Assembly: GCA_034722275.1 (NCBI GenBank)
Contig: JAYENW010000020.1
Coordinates: forward strand, 2,379 to 66,378
Source of the DNA: Chloroflexota bacterium
Lineage (GTDB): Bacteria > Chloroflexota > Dehalococcoidia > GIF9 > AB-539-J10
Length of the DNA: 64,000 nt
Direction of reading: 5' to 3'
The notes beneath the pieces are model-generated. The model was not told the DNA's origin. It saw nothing but the letters and a program-made list of their open reading frames with translations, and did no database searches. Numbering within the stretch: the stretch's first letter is position 1; each line of letters begins with the position of its first letter. This document shows, piece after piece, positions 19,938-29,829 of this stretch. A program made the position numbers and the translations under genes.

Positions 19938-21122
19938 TCATAAGGCTTGATATTTATCGAAATCCTCCTGTATGGCACTTGCGAATTTCTTGATATTCGA
20001 CTTCTTTGGTGGCGCATTAATGTGAACAGGAGATGGTTCTTCCCCCTCCTTGATAATTCCCTGGTGAACTAGCGCATCCAAAATTGCCTCTTTCAGTTCC
20101 TCTTCGCAGAGAGGTGAGTGGTAGATAGTACTCAATGCGGATAAGAGCATCTCCTTGAGATGTTTATCTCCCTTGTCTTCATGAAGATGAGGATTTCTGG
20201 TCTCAATTTGGAATATGTCTATGCCTTGTTCCATTACTTTACGATCCTTAGTGGGCAGGATGCCGCCAAAATTTTCGAAGATAGACACTAATTCTTGCGG
20301 TTCCACAGCATATCCTGAGGCATAAGGTAAAATCTCTGCCAATTTCATACTTATGGCGTGTTCTCCAGCATTGCCAGTTCTTACCACTTCAGTTTCAAAT
20401 CCTGTTTTGGAGAGTATCAAATCGTTCAAGTATTTATTGGTGATCTCTGACACTCTTCCCCACTTTTTGAAATATACCCCGCCTGAGATTTTGGGCTTAT
20501 AATGCCATAGTATCCTCACCATACTATAATCAGATTTGGCCTGGCTGAAACCGGCGGCGTAATTTCTCACATACTCCAGTATTGCGCTGGGGAAATAGTT
20601 ATCAGCGTCTACGAAGCCAACATACTCTTTCCCCGCTGTCATAGCCAGGAGCAATCCTATCACCATAGCTTCGCTCTTACCATCACGTACCAGTCCATCT
20701 TCGCCGAAGAGGTCGTTGTAATCAGCTTCTGCCAGAGCTTCAGCAATAGCGGGGTCTTTCTGATGAACGATCAAAGCATCACGGGATGTGAAGCGGCAAA
20801 TCTGGTTTAGGGCATCTCCTTCCATTCTGAATCTGTCAACCCTCTCTATTTGGCTGTTGGAAACCACTATCGCCAGGCAGTCATGTGGTATGCCACTGAT
20901 CACTCCCTCAAAAAGTTTGAGTTTCTCATTTTTGATGGGAATGACAATCGCCATCTTGTCCTCAAAATGCTTTATTGTTTCTTCATCTATCTTCATTACT
21001 CCCATGGCGCCGTGAAGCGGCAATTCACTCTTCGCTCCTGAGTCTAAAGCTACTACTCTCTGTACATGATTCATCCTGACTGAACCAAAGCGCTCGGTGT
21101 ATCTGGGACTCTCTATATACAT
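19938..21122 (-). CDS. mpgS: mannosyl-3-phosphoglycerate synthase (GT55), stand-alone and not fused to the phosphatase
   Basis: The 394-aa product has conserved blocks characteristic of archaeal and bacterial MPGS: IVIPIKNEKL, GFVDADNY, KKWGRVSEITN, GNAGEHA and IFQIETRNPHLHEDKG. Confidence 0.7.
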   Translation of the reverse strand: MYIESPRYTERFGSVRMNHVQRVVALDSGAKSELPLHGAMGVMKIDEETIKHFEDKMAIVIPIKNEKLKLFEGVISGIPHDCLAIVVSNSQIERVDRFRMEGDALNQICRFTSRDALIVHQKDPAIAEALAEADYNDLFGEDGLVRDGKSEAMVIGLLLAMTAGKEYVGFVDADNYFPSAILEYVRNYAAGFSQAKSDYSMVRILWHYKPKISGGVYFKKWGRVSEITNKYLNDLILSKTGFETEVVRTGNAGEHAISMKLAEILPYASGYAVEPQELVSIFENFGGILPTKDRKVMEQGIDIFQIETRNPHLHEDKGDKHLKEMLLSALSTIYHSPLCEEELKEAILDALVHQGIIKEGEEPSPVHINAPPKKSNIKKFASAIQEDFDKYQAL

Positions 21123-21343
21123 CGTCCTGCCTCCTTACTGTGGATAATATCAAATCCATTTTGCACCGACAAGTTGTACTCGTCAACGTCTTGGTGTTGT
21201 TTATCAGCTTGTGTGGGCTCACTGAGGAATAAACCTTGAATTGGGCCTGAAGATTTGAGAGAATTAGTCAGTTATTTGAACTCAGCGAGATTAATAACGT
21301 CAGCCTATCAGCTAATAGGCGCAGGTGCGTAAAGTAGAATTAA

Positions 21344-23011
21344 ATGCCTATCAAGGTTTTAGCCCCGGATGTAACTTCAAGAATCGCTGCTGGTGAGGTA
21401 ATTGAGAGACCAGCTTCGGTGACAAAAGAGTTAATAGAGAATTCTCTGGATGCTGGTGCCAGTCAGATTACTGTTGAAGCCCAGGGCGGCGGTGCGGAGT
21501 TGATTAAAGTAAGCGACAACGGGGAGGGCATCCCTGTAGCGGAAGCTGAGTTAGCTTTTTATAGATATAGCACCAGCAAGATTACCAATTTAGACGATTT
21601 GGAAAGAATCTCCAGCATGGGTTTTCGTGGTGAGGCACTGCCCAGTATTGCTGCTGTTGCTGAAGTAGAAATTTTCACTAAAGCGATTTCAGAGAACATT
21701 GGCAGTTTTCTCTATTTGAAAGATGGCAAGGTCGTTCGTCAGGAAAGTCGCAGCCGTTCTCAGGGAACTACCATAAGTGTTTCTCATTTATTCCAGCAGT
21801 TTCCTGCCCGACGCAAGTTTCTCAAATCAGAGAGTACCGAGAGTAGCCATATCACTCATGTGGTAAATCAATACGCACTGGCTTTCCCTGGGGTTAAGTT
21901 CGCTTTGTTTCTTGATCATCGCCTGAACTTACAAACGGAAGGGGATGGTGACTTACGCCAAGTGATGAGTAAGGTTTATGGGCTGGAAGTAGCTCAGGAA
22001 ATGCTTGATGTAGTAGGAAGAGATGCTCTCCTCGAAGTTATCGGACTAACAAGTCCGCTTTCTCTGGTGCGTTCTAATCGCAGCTATCTCAGTCTTTTTG
22101 TCAACCGCCGTTGGGTATATAGTCCCTTGCTAGCCAGGGCAATTGGGCAAGCTTACCATGGGTTGCTTATGGTGGGTAGGTATCCCATTACGGTAATCAA
22201 CATATCATTACCGGCTCAGGAAGTTGATGTGAATGTGCATCCTGCCAAAACTCAGGTGAAATTTCATCATGAACAAATTATCTTCTCGGACGTGGAGAAG
22301 GCAATAAAGGGAGCGTTGGAGAGAACTCCCGTAGCTAAGCTGAAAGCTGTAGCCTCACAGGATATCGCCTGGCAGTGGTCAAATCTCGAGGTCAAAGATA
22401 GGGAGCCAGTTTTTGCTGCTCCGCTGCTTCCACTGAAGTTGCCTGTTTTGCGTGTCCTGGGACAGATAGCCAGTACCTACATCATTGCTGAGGGACCTGA
22501 TGGGCTGTATATAATTGATCAACATGCCGCTCATGAACGTATCCTCTATGATAAGATTATGGCTCAGTGGTTACAGAGGGAAGTTGAAGTCCAGGGATTG
22601 CTGCAGCCAGTAACTGTAGAGCTTAGCCTCAAAGATGAGGAAATTCTAAGAGCCAATATGGAAAATTTGACTCAGTTTGGTTTTGTGGTTGAGTCCTTTG
22701 GCAATAGGAATTACCTTATACGTAGTGTGCCACTGTTGCTGGGCGAGACAAAAATTACCGCGGCCATAGATCTATTACTGGATACTCTCAGTAATAAGGA
22801 GGATTCTGTGCCTTGGGAAGAGAAAGTTGCTCAATCTCTTGCCTGCCATAGTGCTATCAAAGCAGGGCAACAGCTAAGCAGTGATGAGATAAGAGAGTTA
22901 TTAAGGCAGATGGAGCAAACTCAGCAGCCGCGCACCTGTCCTCATGGTAGGCCTACAGTGATTCATATCAATTCATATCAACTTGAGAAAGACTTTGGCA
23001 GGAGAGGCTAG
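21344..23011 (+). CDS. mutL: DNA mismatch repair protein MutL
   Basis: The 555-aa product has an N-terminal GHKL ATPase (IENSLDAGA, DNGEGI, GFRGEAL) and a C-terminal dimerisation/endonuclease domain. Confidence 0.9.
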   Translation: MPIKVLAPDVTSRIAAGEVIERPASVTKELIENSLDAGASQITVEAQGGGAELIKVSDNGEGIPVAEAELAFYRYSTSKITNLDDLERISSMGFRGEALPSIAAVAEVEIFTKAISENIGSFLYLKDGKVVRQESRSRSQGTTISVSHLFQQFPARRKFLKSESTESSHITHVVNQYALAFPGVKFALFLDHRLNLQTEGDGDLRQVMSKVYGLEVAQEMLDVVGRDALLEVIGLTSPLSLVRSNRSYLSLFVNRRWVYSPLLARAIGQAYHGLLMVGRYPITVINISLPAQEVDVNVHPAKTQVKFHHEQIIFSDVEKAIKGALERTPVAKLKAVASQDIAWQWSNLEVKDREPVFAAPLLPLKLPVLRVLGQIASTYIIAEGPDGLYIIDQHAAHERILYDKIMAQWLQREVEVQGLLQPVTVELSLKDEEILRANMENLTQFGFVVESFGNRNYLIRSVPLLLGETKITAAIDLLLDTLSNKEDSVPWEEKVAQSLACHSAIKAGQQLSSDEIRELLRQMEQTQQPRTCPHGRPTVIHINSYQLEKDFGRRG

Positions 23012-23066
23012 GATAGAGCGAATGGGTTATAATAAGCGTTCATCAAAATAACGTGCAATAAAAAAG

Positions 23067-23756
23067 ATGTGGTCTATGTTAGAGAGTCGAATTTCGAAAC
23101 AGTCAGGATTATTGACTGAGGTTGAGTCCAAAGAACTTTTAAAACGGTGGGGAATACCTGTTGTTGAAACCAAGCTAGCAGGGAATAAAAAAGAAGCTGT
23201 TTCTATCAGCAAAAAAATTGGTTTCCCTGTAGTGCTGAAGATAAGCTCATCGGATATTGTTCACAAAAGTGATGCCGGCGGGGTCAAATTGGCCTTGTTC
23301 AACGCTGCCCAGGTGGGCAGAGCTTATACCGAGATCACATCGTCTGCTAGAGAAAGATATCCCCAGGCTCAAGTTCAAGGTGTGTCAGTGCAGAAGATGG
23401 CACCAGAAGGAATAGAGGTCATCGTAGGCATGAGTAAAGATTCACAATTTGGGCCTGTGCTTATGTTTGGACTTGGTGGCGTATTGGTAGAAGTGTTGAA
23501 GGATGTTTCCTTTAGAGTGGTCCCGGTTACCGAAAGTGACGCCGCTGAAATGATCAAAGAAATAAAAGGGTATCCTGTACTGCAAGGTTATCGAGGTAAG
23601 AAGCCGGTTAGTATCCCAGCACTGGAAAAGATAATAGTTGAGATATCTCAGTTTGTTGAGCAGAACTCTCGGATCAAAGAACTCGACCTCAATCCCGTGT
23701 TTGCTTACGAGGATGGGGCTGTGGTTGTTGATGCCAGAATAGTTATGGAGGGATAG
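23067..23756 (+). CDS. ATP-grasp domain protein related to the beta part of ADP-forming acetate/acyl-CoA ligases
   Basis: The 229-aa product has an ATP-grasp_5-like arrangement (KELLKRWGIPV...VVLKI.S.DIVHKSDAGGVKL...LNPVF). It has no CoA-binding alpha domain, so a partner subunit is expected elsewhere. Confidence 0.5.
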   Translation: MWSMLESRISKQSGLLTEVESKELLKRWGIPVVETKLAGNKKEAVSISKKIGFPVVLKISSSDIVHKSDAGGVKLALFNAAQVGRAYTEITSSARERYPQAQVQGVSVQKMAPEGIEVIVGMSKDSQFGPVLMFGLGGVLVEVLKDVSFRVVPVTESDAAEMIKEIKGYPVLQGYRGKKPVSIPALEKIIVEISQFVEQNSRIKELDLNPVFAYEDGAVVVDARIVMEG

Positions 23757-23802
23757 CAAGTGAGGCCAGATTGTGAAATTGTCTAAGGTAATTTAAGTAC
23801 TG

Positions 23803-24690
23803 ATGGCTAAATTAATTGATGGCAGCAAGATAGCCAATGATATTTATGCTGAACTCAAAGTTGAGATAAAGCAGTTAGGGAAAGAGGGTATAACCCCAGG
23901 CTTGGAGGTAGTGCTGGTGGGGGATGACCCTGCCTCACTTTCCTATGTCAGCAACAAAACAAGAGCCTGTGAGCAGGTGGGTATATATGAAGAGACAACG
24001 CATCTGCCAGGAGATATTCCTGAGAGGGAAATTTTACAACTCATTGACAGGGTTAACAACGACTCTCGTTTTCATGGCATTTTAGTGCAGCTACCTTTGC
24101 CCCAGCATATCTCTGTGGAGAAGCTAAATAAACGAATCTGTCCTGAAAAGGATGTGGACGTATTCCATCCGGTCAATATGGGGAAACTGGTTTGTGGAGA
24201 ACCTTATTTGTTGCCTTGTACGCCACACGGTATTTTACAACTTCTGGTAAGGAGTGGTTACTCTCTTGAAAACAAGCATATAGTTATCTGTGGCCGCAGC
24301 AACATTGTGGGAAAGCCCTTGGCAGCTATGCTAACGCAGAGGGGTATGGAGACTAACGCGGTTACTATGTGTGATACTTTAACAAAGGACCTGGCTTCCA
24401 TAACCAGGCTGGCAGACATTTTAATAGTGGCTGTGGGCAATCCTAAGGTGATAACTGCGGATATGGTTAAACCGGGGGCAGTGGTTATAGATGTTGGCGT
24501 TAACCGTGTAAGAGACCCTATGTCAAAAAATGGTTACCGTTTAGTGGGTGATGCTGATTTTGAGGCTATCAGAGAGGTGGCAGAGGCAATAACACCTGTT
24601 CCTGGTGGAGTGGGGCCTATGACGGTAGCCATGCTTTTGTATAATGTAGTAGCAGCGGCTAAGAAACATGGACATTCTCAGCAATATTGA
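23803..24690 (+). CDS. folD: bifunctional methylene-THF dehydrogenase / methenyl-THF cyclohydrolase
   Basis: The 295-aa product has a YVSNKTRAC-type active-site region, a GRSNIVGKP Rossmann motif and a PGGVGPMT C-terminal motif. Confidence 0.9.
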   Translation: MAKLIDGSKIANDIYAELKVEIKQLGKEGITPGLEVVLVGDDPASLSYVSNKTRACEQVGIYEETTHLPGDIPEREILQLIDRVNNDSRFHGILVQLPLPQHISVEKLNKRICPEKDVDVFHPVNMGKLVCGEPYLLPCTPHGILQLLVRSGYSLENKHIVICGRSNIVGKPLAAMLTQRGMETNAVTMCDTLTKDLASITRLADILIVAVGNPKVITADMVKPGAVVIDVGVNRVRDPMSKNGYRLVGDADFEAIREVAEAITPVPGGVGPMTVAMLLYNVVAAAKKHGHSQQY

Positions 24691-26383
24691 AATCGCTCAG
24701 AAAACAAAGCTTTGGCCCATCTCAGAGATTGCGAAGAAATTGAGACTTCTTGCTGAGGAAATTGAGCCTTGCGGCAATTACATGGCTAAGGTTGATTATA
24801 CCAAGGTGCTGCGGAGATTGAAAAGTAAGCCTGTGGGTAAGTTTATTGTAGTAACGGGCATGACTCCCACGCCCTTAGGAGAGGGTAAAACAGTTACTAG
24901 CATTGGTCTGGGACAAGCTTTAGCCAGACTTGGCTTCAGTGTATGTAATACCTTACGGGAGCCATCAAAGGGACCTAACTTTGGCATTAAAGGTGGTGGT
25001 TGTGGGGGGGGGTATTCTCAAATGCTGCCGATGGAAGAAATTAACCTCCACTTCACCGGTGACATTCCTGCTGTTGAGGCAGCACAAAACTTATGCGCTG
25101 CGGCTATAGATAACAGCATATTTTTCGGAAATCACTTAGGTATTGCTCCACTTAGTATTAACTGCCCACGCTGCATTGATATAAACGATAGAGCATTGCG
25201 TAGCATCATTGTTAGCTCTGATGGCAAAGTCAATGCTGATTCTCAAAAAAGTAGCTGTGTTATTACCGCTGCTACTGAGGCGGCAGCAATTCATAGTTTA
25301 GCTATGAATCTGGCTGACTTAAGGGATAGATTTAGTCACTCAGTTATTGCTTTCACTTACAAAGGTGATCCCGTAACCTGTGAACAGCTAAAAGTTGCTG
25401 GAGCCATGACTGCTTTACTGGTGGATGCTATCAAACCAAACCTGGTGCAATCCACAGAGCATCATCCTATCTTATGTCATGGATTCCCTTTTGCCAATAT
25501 AGCTCATGGGAATAGTTCAGTACTGGCTGATTTGATAGGTTTGAGGCTTTGTGACTACGTAGTCAGCGAAAGTGGCTTTGGTACCGACTGCGGTTTTGAG
25601 AAACTAATGAATGTTAAAGTCAGGCAAAGTGGTATTAATGTAGATTGTGCTGTGATTGTGGCCTCGATAAGAGCTCTGAAGCAGCATGGTGGTGCCTTTC
25701 ACCTTCGCCCCGGGATGCCCTATGATTCTGTGAAAGAGATGGCTGAGAAAGAAAATCTTGGTGCTGTGGATAGGGGCTGCCAAAATTTAGCCGCTCATAT
25801 AAGGATCGTCAAATCTTTCAATATTCCCGCCATAGTAGCTATTAATAGGTTTCCTAGGGATACTGAGCAGGAGCTGAATTTAGCTTGCCAGGCAGCTTTG
25901 GCTGCAGGAGCTGATGCTGCCGTAATTCATGAAGCTTGGGCTGAAGGTGGGAAGGGTGCTATTGAATTGGCTAGGGCGGTGATAAAGATAATGGCAAAGC
26001 CGATAAAAAACAAGTTTTTCTATTCTGAAAATGCTTCTATAGAGGAAAAAATTGAACTTACTGCCACGAAGGTCTATGGTGCTGACGGAGTTGATTATGC
26101 TCCGTTGGCTAAAGATAAAATTAAGCTATATAATGAACTGGGTTACAGGGACTTATGTCTTAATATGGCGAAAACCCAGTTCTCATTGACCCATGATCCC
26201 AATATGCTGGGGGCTCCCAAAGGGTGGAGGTTGCCTATTCAGGATGTCAAAGTCTTTGCTGGTGCTAAATTCTTCTGCCCCTTAACTGGCAATTTTCTAA
26301 CTATGCCTGGGCTCCCCGCCGCACCATCATTTGCTTCGATAGATGTTGACCTGAGTACGGGCAAAATCAAAGGGATTTTTTAA
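24668..26383 (+). CDS. fhs: formate-tetrahydrofolate ligase
   Basis: The 571-aa product has a PTPLGEGKTVTSIGL P-loop and an FTHFS signature. It overlaps folD by 23 nt, giving a folD-fhs C1 operon. Confidence 0.9.
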   Translation: MDILSNIEIAQKTKLWPISEIAKKLRLLAEEIEPCGNYMAKVDYTKVLRRLKSKPVGKFIVVTGMTPTPLGEGKTVTSIGLGQALARLGFSVCNTLREPSKGPNFGIKGGGCGGGYSQMLPMEEINLHFTGDIPAVEAAQNLCAAAIDNSIFFGNHLGIAPLSINCPRCIDINDRALRSIIVSSDGKVNADSQKSSCVITAATEAAAIHSLAMNLADLRDRFSHSVIAFTYKGDPVTCEQLKVAGAMTALLVDAIKPNLVQSTEHHPILCHGFPFANIAHGNSSVLADLIGLRLCDYVVSESGFGTDCGFEKLMNVKVRQSGINVDCAVIVASIRALKQHGGAFHLRPGMPYDSVKEMAEKENLGAVDRGCQNLAAHIRIVKSFNIPAIVAINRFPRDTEQELNLACQAALAAGADAAVIHEAWAEGGKGAIELARAVIKIMAKPIKNKFFYSENASIEEKIELTATKVYGADGVDYAPLAKDKIKLYNELGYRDLCLNMAKTQFSLTHDPNMLGAPKGWRLPIQDVKVFAGAKFFCPLTGNFLTMPGLPAAPSFASIDVDLSTGKIKGIF

Positions 26384-26385
26384 AC

Positions 26386-27183
26386 GTGTCAGCGCAAATA
26401 TTACGAAGCAAAAACCTGGCTACTAAATTCCAGATATTGCTGGAGATAGCAGCTAATCAACCCAACATACAACAAAAAGATGTTGCTAAAAGACTGAGTA
26501 TAACTTCTCAGGCGGTCTCCGAATATGTTAAAGAACTGGTAAAAGATGGTTGGCTTAGTTCTCGTGGTCGTTCGCGATATAGGGTAACCAGAAAGGGTGT
26601 GGACTGGATTTTAAAGATGTCCCGGCAATTACAAAACTACTCCTCCTTTGTGAACAAGGTGATAAGTGATATAGCGACTTCTACTGCGATAGCTGATAGC
26701 GATTTATCAACCGGTCAAAGAGTTTCCCTATATATGAAAGATGGGGTGTTATTTACCTCTGATGCTCTGAGCGGTGAGGGAGCTGAAGGGATAACTGTTT
26801 CTGAAGCTAAAAAAGGCGAAGGTGTTGGTGTTTCTGGGATAGAGGGGGTGATAAAGCTTACAACTGGCAGGATAACTATAGGGAAAGTTCCTGGTGTGCA
26901 GGAAGGAGGTTCACGGAATACTGACCTTACCCGATTGAAAAATGAGGTAGGTAAAGCCAAGCTAATAGGAGCTATTGGGCTTGAAGCTTTGGTGGCCTTA
27001 AAACAGACAGATAAGCTCCCTCAATATTTTTATGGTGTCAAAGAAGCAGCGATAGAGGCAGCTTATTGTGGCCTGTCTTTTTTCATTGTTTGTAGCGAAG
27101 ATAATATTGCAGCATTAGTAGGGAAATTAGAAGAGGAAAACTTGAATTACAATATTGTCGATTTTGGAAAAGGTGTTAGCTAA
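26386..27183 (+). CDS. winged-helix (HTH) domain protein of unknown function
   Basis: The 265-aa product has an N-terminal HTH (KDVAKRLSITSQAVSEYVKELVKDGWL). The glycine-rich C-terminal domain has no assignable family. Confidence 0.4.
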   Translation: MSAQILRSKNLATKFQILLEIAANQPNIQQKDVAKRLSITSQAVSEYVKELVKDGWLSSRGRSRYRVTRKGVDWILKMSRQLQNYSSFVNKVISDIATSTAIADSDLSTGQRVSLYMKDGVLFTSDALSGEGAEGITVSEAKKGEGVGVSGIEGVIKLTTGRITIGKVPGVQEGGSRNTDLTRLKNEVGKAKLIGAIGLEALVALKQTDKLPQYFYGVKEAAIEAAYCGLSFFIVCSEDNIAALVGKLEEENLNYNIVDFGKGVS

Positions 27184-27898
27184 TATATTTTTGCTCTTGG
27201 GTGGTTATTTTTTGGGTGCTCTTCCTTTTGTTGTTGCCTTAGCCAGGACATCTGGATTGGATGCATCTCAAGAAGAAGATTTACATATTGCCTTATGGCA
27301 CAAGGCAAGCAAAAAAAAGGCTATACTGGCAGGAGGGGTGGATTTCCTTAAAGGAATCATTATTATACTCATTGGCTTTGGCTTTGGTTTACCGGCTATG
27401 GTGGTTGTTTTCTCTGGTGTGGCTGTTGTGGCAGGACAAATGTGGCCGCCTTTTCGTATTTGCCACGGGGAGAGGGGGAATCTGGTTGGTGTGGGTCTAG
27501 TATTTACCTTGCCCTTGCTTTACGGTGAATACTGGGTTCTGCTCTCTCTCATATTTTTTGCTGCCGGCGCTGCTCTGAAATATTACTATGAGAATCGTGG
27601 CAGTATGATTATTGAGACACGGGATAAGCATACTGGATTCTCCAACTTTGCCCATCGCATGACTCTGAGTTTACCTCTAGGTATGCTCCTGGGATTTGTT
27701 GCTGCTCCTGTAGTTTCTTGGTGCTCTGGTGGGCTAAAGGGCTTAACTCTGGGCTTTTTTGTCTTGTTTATTCTTATTGTAGTGCGGCGCTTAACTGCTG
27801 ACCTCAAGGATGATATAGGGAAAGGTAATTGTACTATAAAGGTGCTGTTTAATCGTTTTCTTTTTGACCAACCATTTATCGGTGAAGGAGTGGAGTAA
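27155..27898 (+). CDS. PlsY-family membrane protein, divergent paralog A (lacks canonical GSGNxGATN motif)
   Basis: The product is homologous over its whole length to the canonical PlsY at 56640-57260. It keeps the conserved blocks DFLKG and AGQMWPPFRICHGERGN (compare DIAKG, AGHSFPIFLQFRGGKG). Motif 1 is replaced by ALWHKASKKK. The TTG start at 27155 overlaps the upstream gene; a GTG at 27176 is an alternative start. Confidence 0.5.
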   Translation: MSILEKVLANIFLLLGGYFLGALPFVVALARTSGLDASQEEDLHIALWHKASKKKAILAGGVDFLKGIIIILIGFGFGLPAMVVVFSGVAVVAGQMWPPFRICHGERGNLVGVGLVFTLPLLYGEYWVLLSLIFFAAGAALKYYYENRGSMIIETRDKHTGFSNFAHRMTLSLPLGMLLGFVAAPVVSWCSGGLKGLTLGFFVLFILIVVRRLTADLKDDIGKGNCTIKVLFNRFLFDQPFIGEGVE

Positions 27899-27918
27899 TA
27901 TAGTCTCCTTGAAGGTGA

Positions 27919-28590
27919 TTATGCTGTATTCTTTATTCGCCGAAAAGTAACATATCCCACAATAGCCCCCACAGTAATCATCACTACTATCCATATGATG
28001 AGTATATTGGGGTAAAGTTGGGGATTGAAAAATTTTGATACTCTGCCCCCCAAAGCTCCCAATGCCAGAAAAAGCATTTCCCAGAGCAGCACATGTGCCA
28101 TCACAGCGATGAAAAAGTGTTTGTGGCCAATTTTAGCGATACCGCAGGCAATAGTGCTGATAACTGAAAATCCCGGTGTAAACCGCGCTGCAATTATACT
28201 GGGTATGGCAAGTGACCCCAGCTTTTGCCTCCCCAGGGCAAGGCGTTCCGGAGTGATGCGAACATATTTGCCGAATTTGTCTATGATGGTGCCTCCGAAG
28301 GAAGACGAAAGCTGGTAAGCAGATGTGGAACCACACAAACGCCCAATGCCTGCTATCGCCAGAAATGGCACCGACGCTATGAAATACCCGCTGTGAACGA
28401 TCTGAAAGCCGGTAAACAGCAGCATACTTTCCAAAATTGGGCTGGTTACCGGCAACCCTAGTTCGCCAAGCGCGGCTAATGAGAAAACGATACCCAACCA
28501 TAACAAGCCACCTGCAGTAACTGCAGCGAGAATTTGCCATATAGTATTCGCCATAGCTATATTACAATTATAGCTTGATTTTTCCCTCAT
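27919..28590 (-). CDS. DedA/TVP38 family membrane protein
   Basis: The 223-aa product has 5-6 predicted transmembrane helices and a DedA-type re-entrant motif region (IAARFTPGFSVISTIACGIAKIGHKHFF). Confidence 0.55.
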   Translation of the reverse strand: MREKSSYNCNIAMANTIWQILAAVTAGGLLWLGIVFSLAALGELGLPVTSPILESMLLFTGFQIVHSGYFIASVPFLAIAGIGRLCGSTSAYQLSSSFGGTIIDKFGKYVRITPERLALGRQKLGSLAIPSIIAARFTPGFSVISTIACGIAKIGHKHFFIAVMAHVLLWEMLFLALGALGGRVSKFFNPQLYPNILIIWIVVMITVGAIVGYVTFRRIKNTA

Positions 28591-28698
28591 GACTAGATTA
28601 TCATAAATATCAATGTTTACCTATCTTGTGTTACGATACAGCGGAAAATCTGGAAAGGGAACTATAGCGTAAATTCATACTCCGCCTAGCTGGTAAAA

Positions 28699-29829
28699 GT
28701 GGAGAAGATAGTTCTTATTAACCTCACTGGTGGACCAACACTGAAAGAGGATGGCATTTATTTCACTGAGGGTGGTTTAGTACACGCCTTGTTTGCTTTA
28801 GCTAACCTGACTTCAGATTATGATATCACGATTCTCTGCCCTAACCTGCCGGGAAATAACCATAAACAGGAGATTAAATATCGAGGGGTTAATATCTTAT
28901 GCCTGGGAAGCTCCAGATGGATAAGGTGGATGCACAGTGGCGATTTATCTTTCCTTGAAGAAGCTAGAAACTACATTGTTGAAGAGAAACCAGACATCTT
29001 AATTGGGAATGGTGTTTCAGCATCGTTTCTTCTCCGCTTTATTCCCACAAGAGCCTGTAAAGTAGGGGTTGTTCACCACTTATACCACACTGCGTCTGTT
29101 GATGGCTCATCCAAGCGTGCATTCTCGGGGATTGGGATGCTGGAGAGACTGGCACTTAATTTAACTAAACTGGATAAGGTTGCCGTGATTAATCCTATGG
29201 TTAAAGGTAGTCTGGTAAAAGAAAGATTTGGCTCAGATGAGATTGTAGTTGTAGGCAATGGTGTTGATGTCGAACGCTATTTCTTCGTTGAAAATAAGGT
29301 GCCTTACAGTTTAATTTATATTGGGAGGTTGACTGAACTCAAGAGGGTGTGCTCTCTTGTTGGTGTTGTCGCCATGGTAAAGGAAAAAATTCCTGATGTA
29401 GTATTACACATTATTGGTGATGGTCCCAAACATAAAGAAGTAAGCCAGCGAATCGAAGACTTAGAGTTATCGCGGAACGTTATCATGCATGGCTATCTAC
29501 CCGAAGAAGAAAAGATTGAACTGTTGTCGAGCTCTGCCATCTATCTTTCTAACTCTGCTTTCGAAGGATTTGGCATTCCTTTGGTTGAAGCTATGGCTAC
29601 CGGTGCTGTTCCCATAGTTAGCGATATTGATGCCCACAGGTTCATTTTTCAAGGAGAAGATGTTGGTTGTTTAGTGGGAAATGAAGAGAAAATGGCGGAA
29701 AAGATTGTTGAACTGCTTGCTGATGAAACAGAACGGCTGAGATTAGCTTGGAATGGACGCAAGCTTGTGGAGGAAAGATGGACTTGGGCAAAAGTGGGTG
29801 AAAAGTATAAAGAGCTTCTTGGAAGATAA
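28699..29829 (+). CDS. glycosyltransferase family 4 (GT-B, GT1-like)
   Basis: The 376-aa product has a C-terminal EGFGIPLVEAMATG motif, the E-x7-E signature of retaining GT4 enzymes. Confidence 0.75.
   Translation: MEKIVLINLTGGPTLKEDGIYFTEGGLVHALFALANLTSDYDITILCPNLPGNNHKQEIKYRGVNILCLGSSRWIRWMHSGDLSFLEEARNYIVEEKPDILIGNGVSASFLLRFIPTRACKVGVVHHLYHTASVDGSSKRAFSGIGMLERLALNLTKLDKVAVINPMVKGSLVKERFGSDEIVVVGNGVDVERYFFVENKVPYSLIYIGRLTELKRVCSLVGVVAMVKEKIPDVVLHIIGDGPKHKEVSQRIEDLELSRNVIMHGYLPEEEKIELLSSSAIYLSNSAFEGFGIPLVEAMATGAVPIVSDIDAHRFIFQGEDVGCLVGNEEKMAEKIVELLADETERLRLAWNGRKLVEERWTWAKVGEKYKELLGR

Noticed and set aside
24990-25010. Run of about 9-10 G residues inside fhs as a possible phase-variation or frameshift site
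   Set aside because: The tract encodes the conserved glycine-rich GGGCGGGYSQ segment of formate-THF ligase and the reading frame is intact. It is most likely ordinary coding sequence.
28591-28698. CRISPR array or other tandem repeats anywhere in the window
   Set aside because: No regularly spaced direct repeats of 24-48 nt were seen. The only notable repeats are the 13-nt T-loop-like direct repeat, the ATTGGCATAG decamer pair and the fabF paralog tract.
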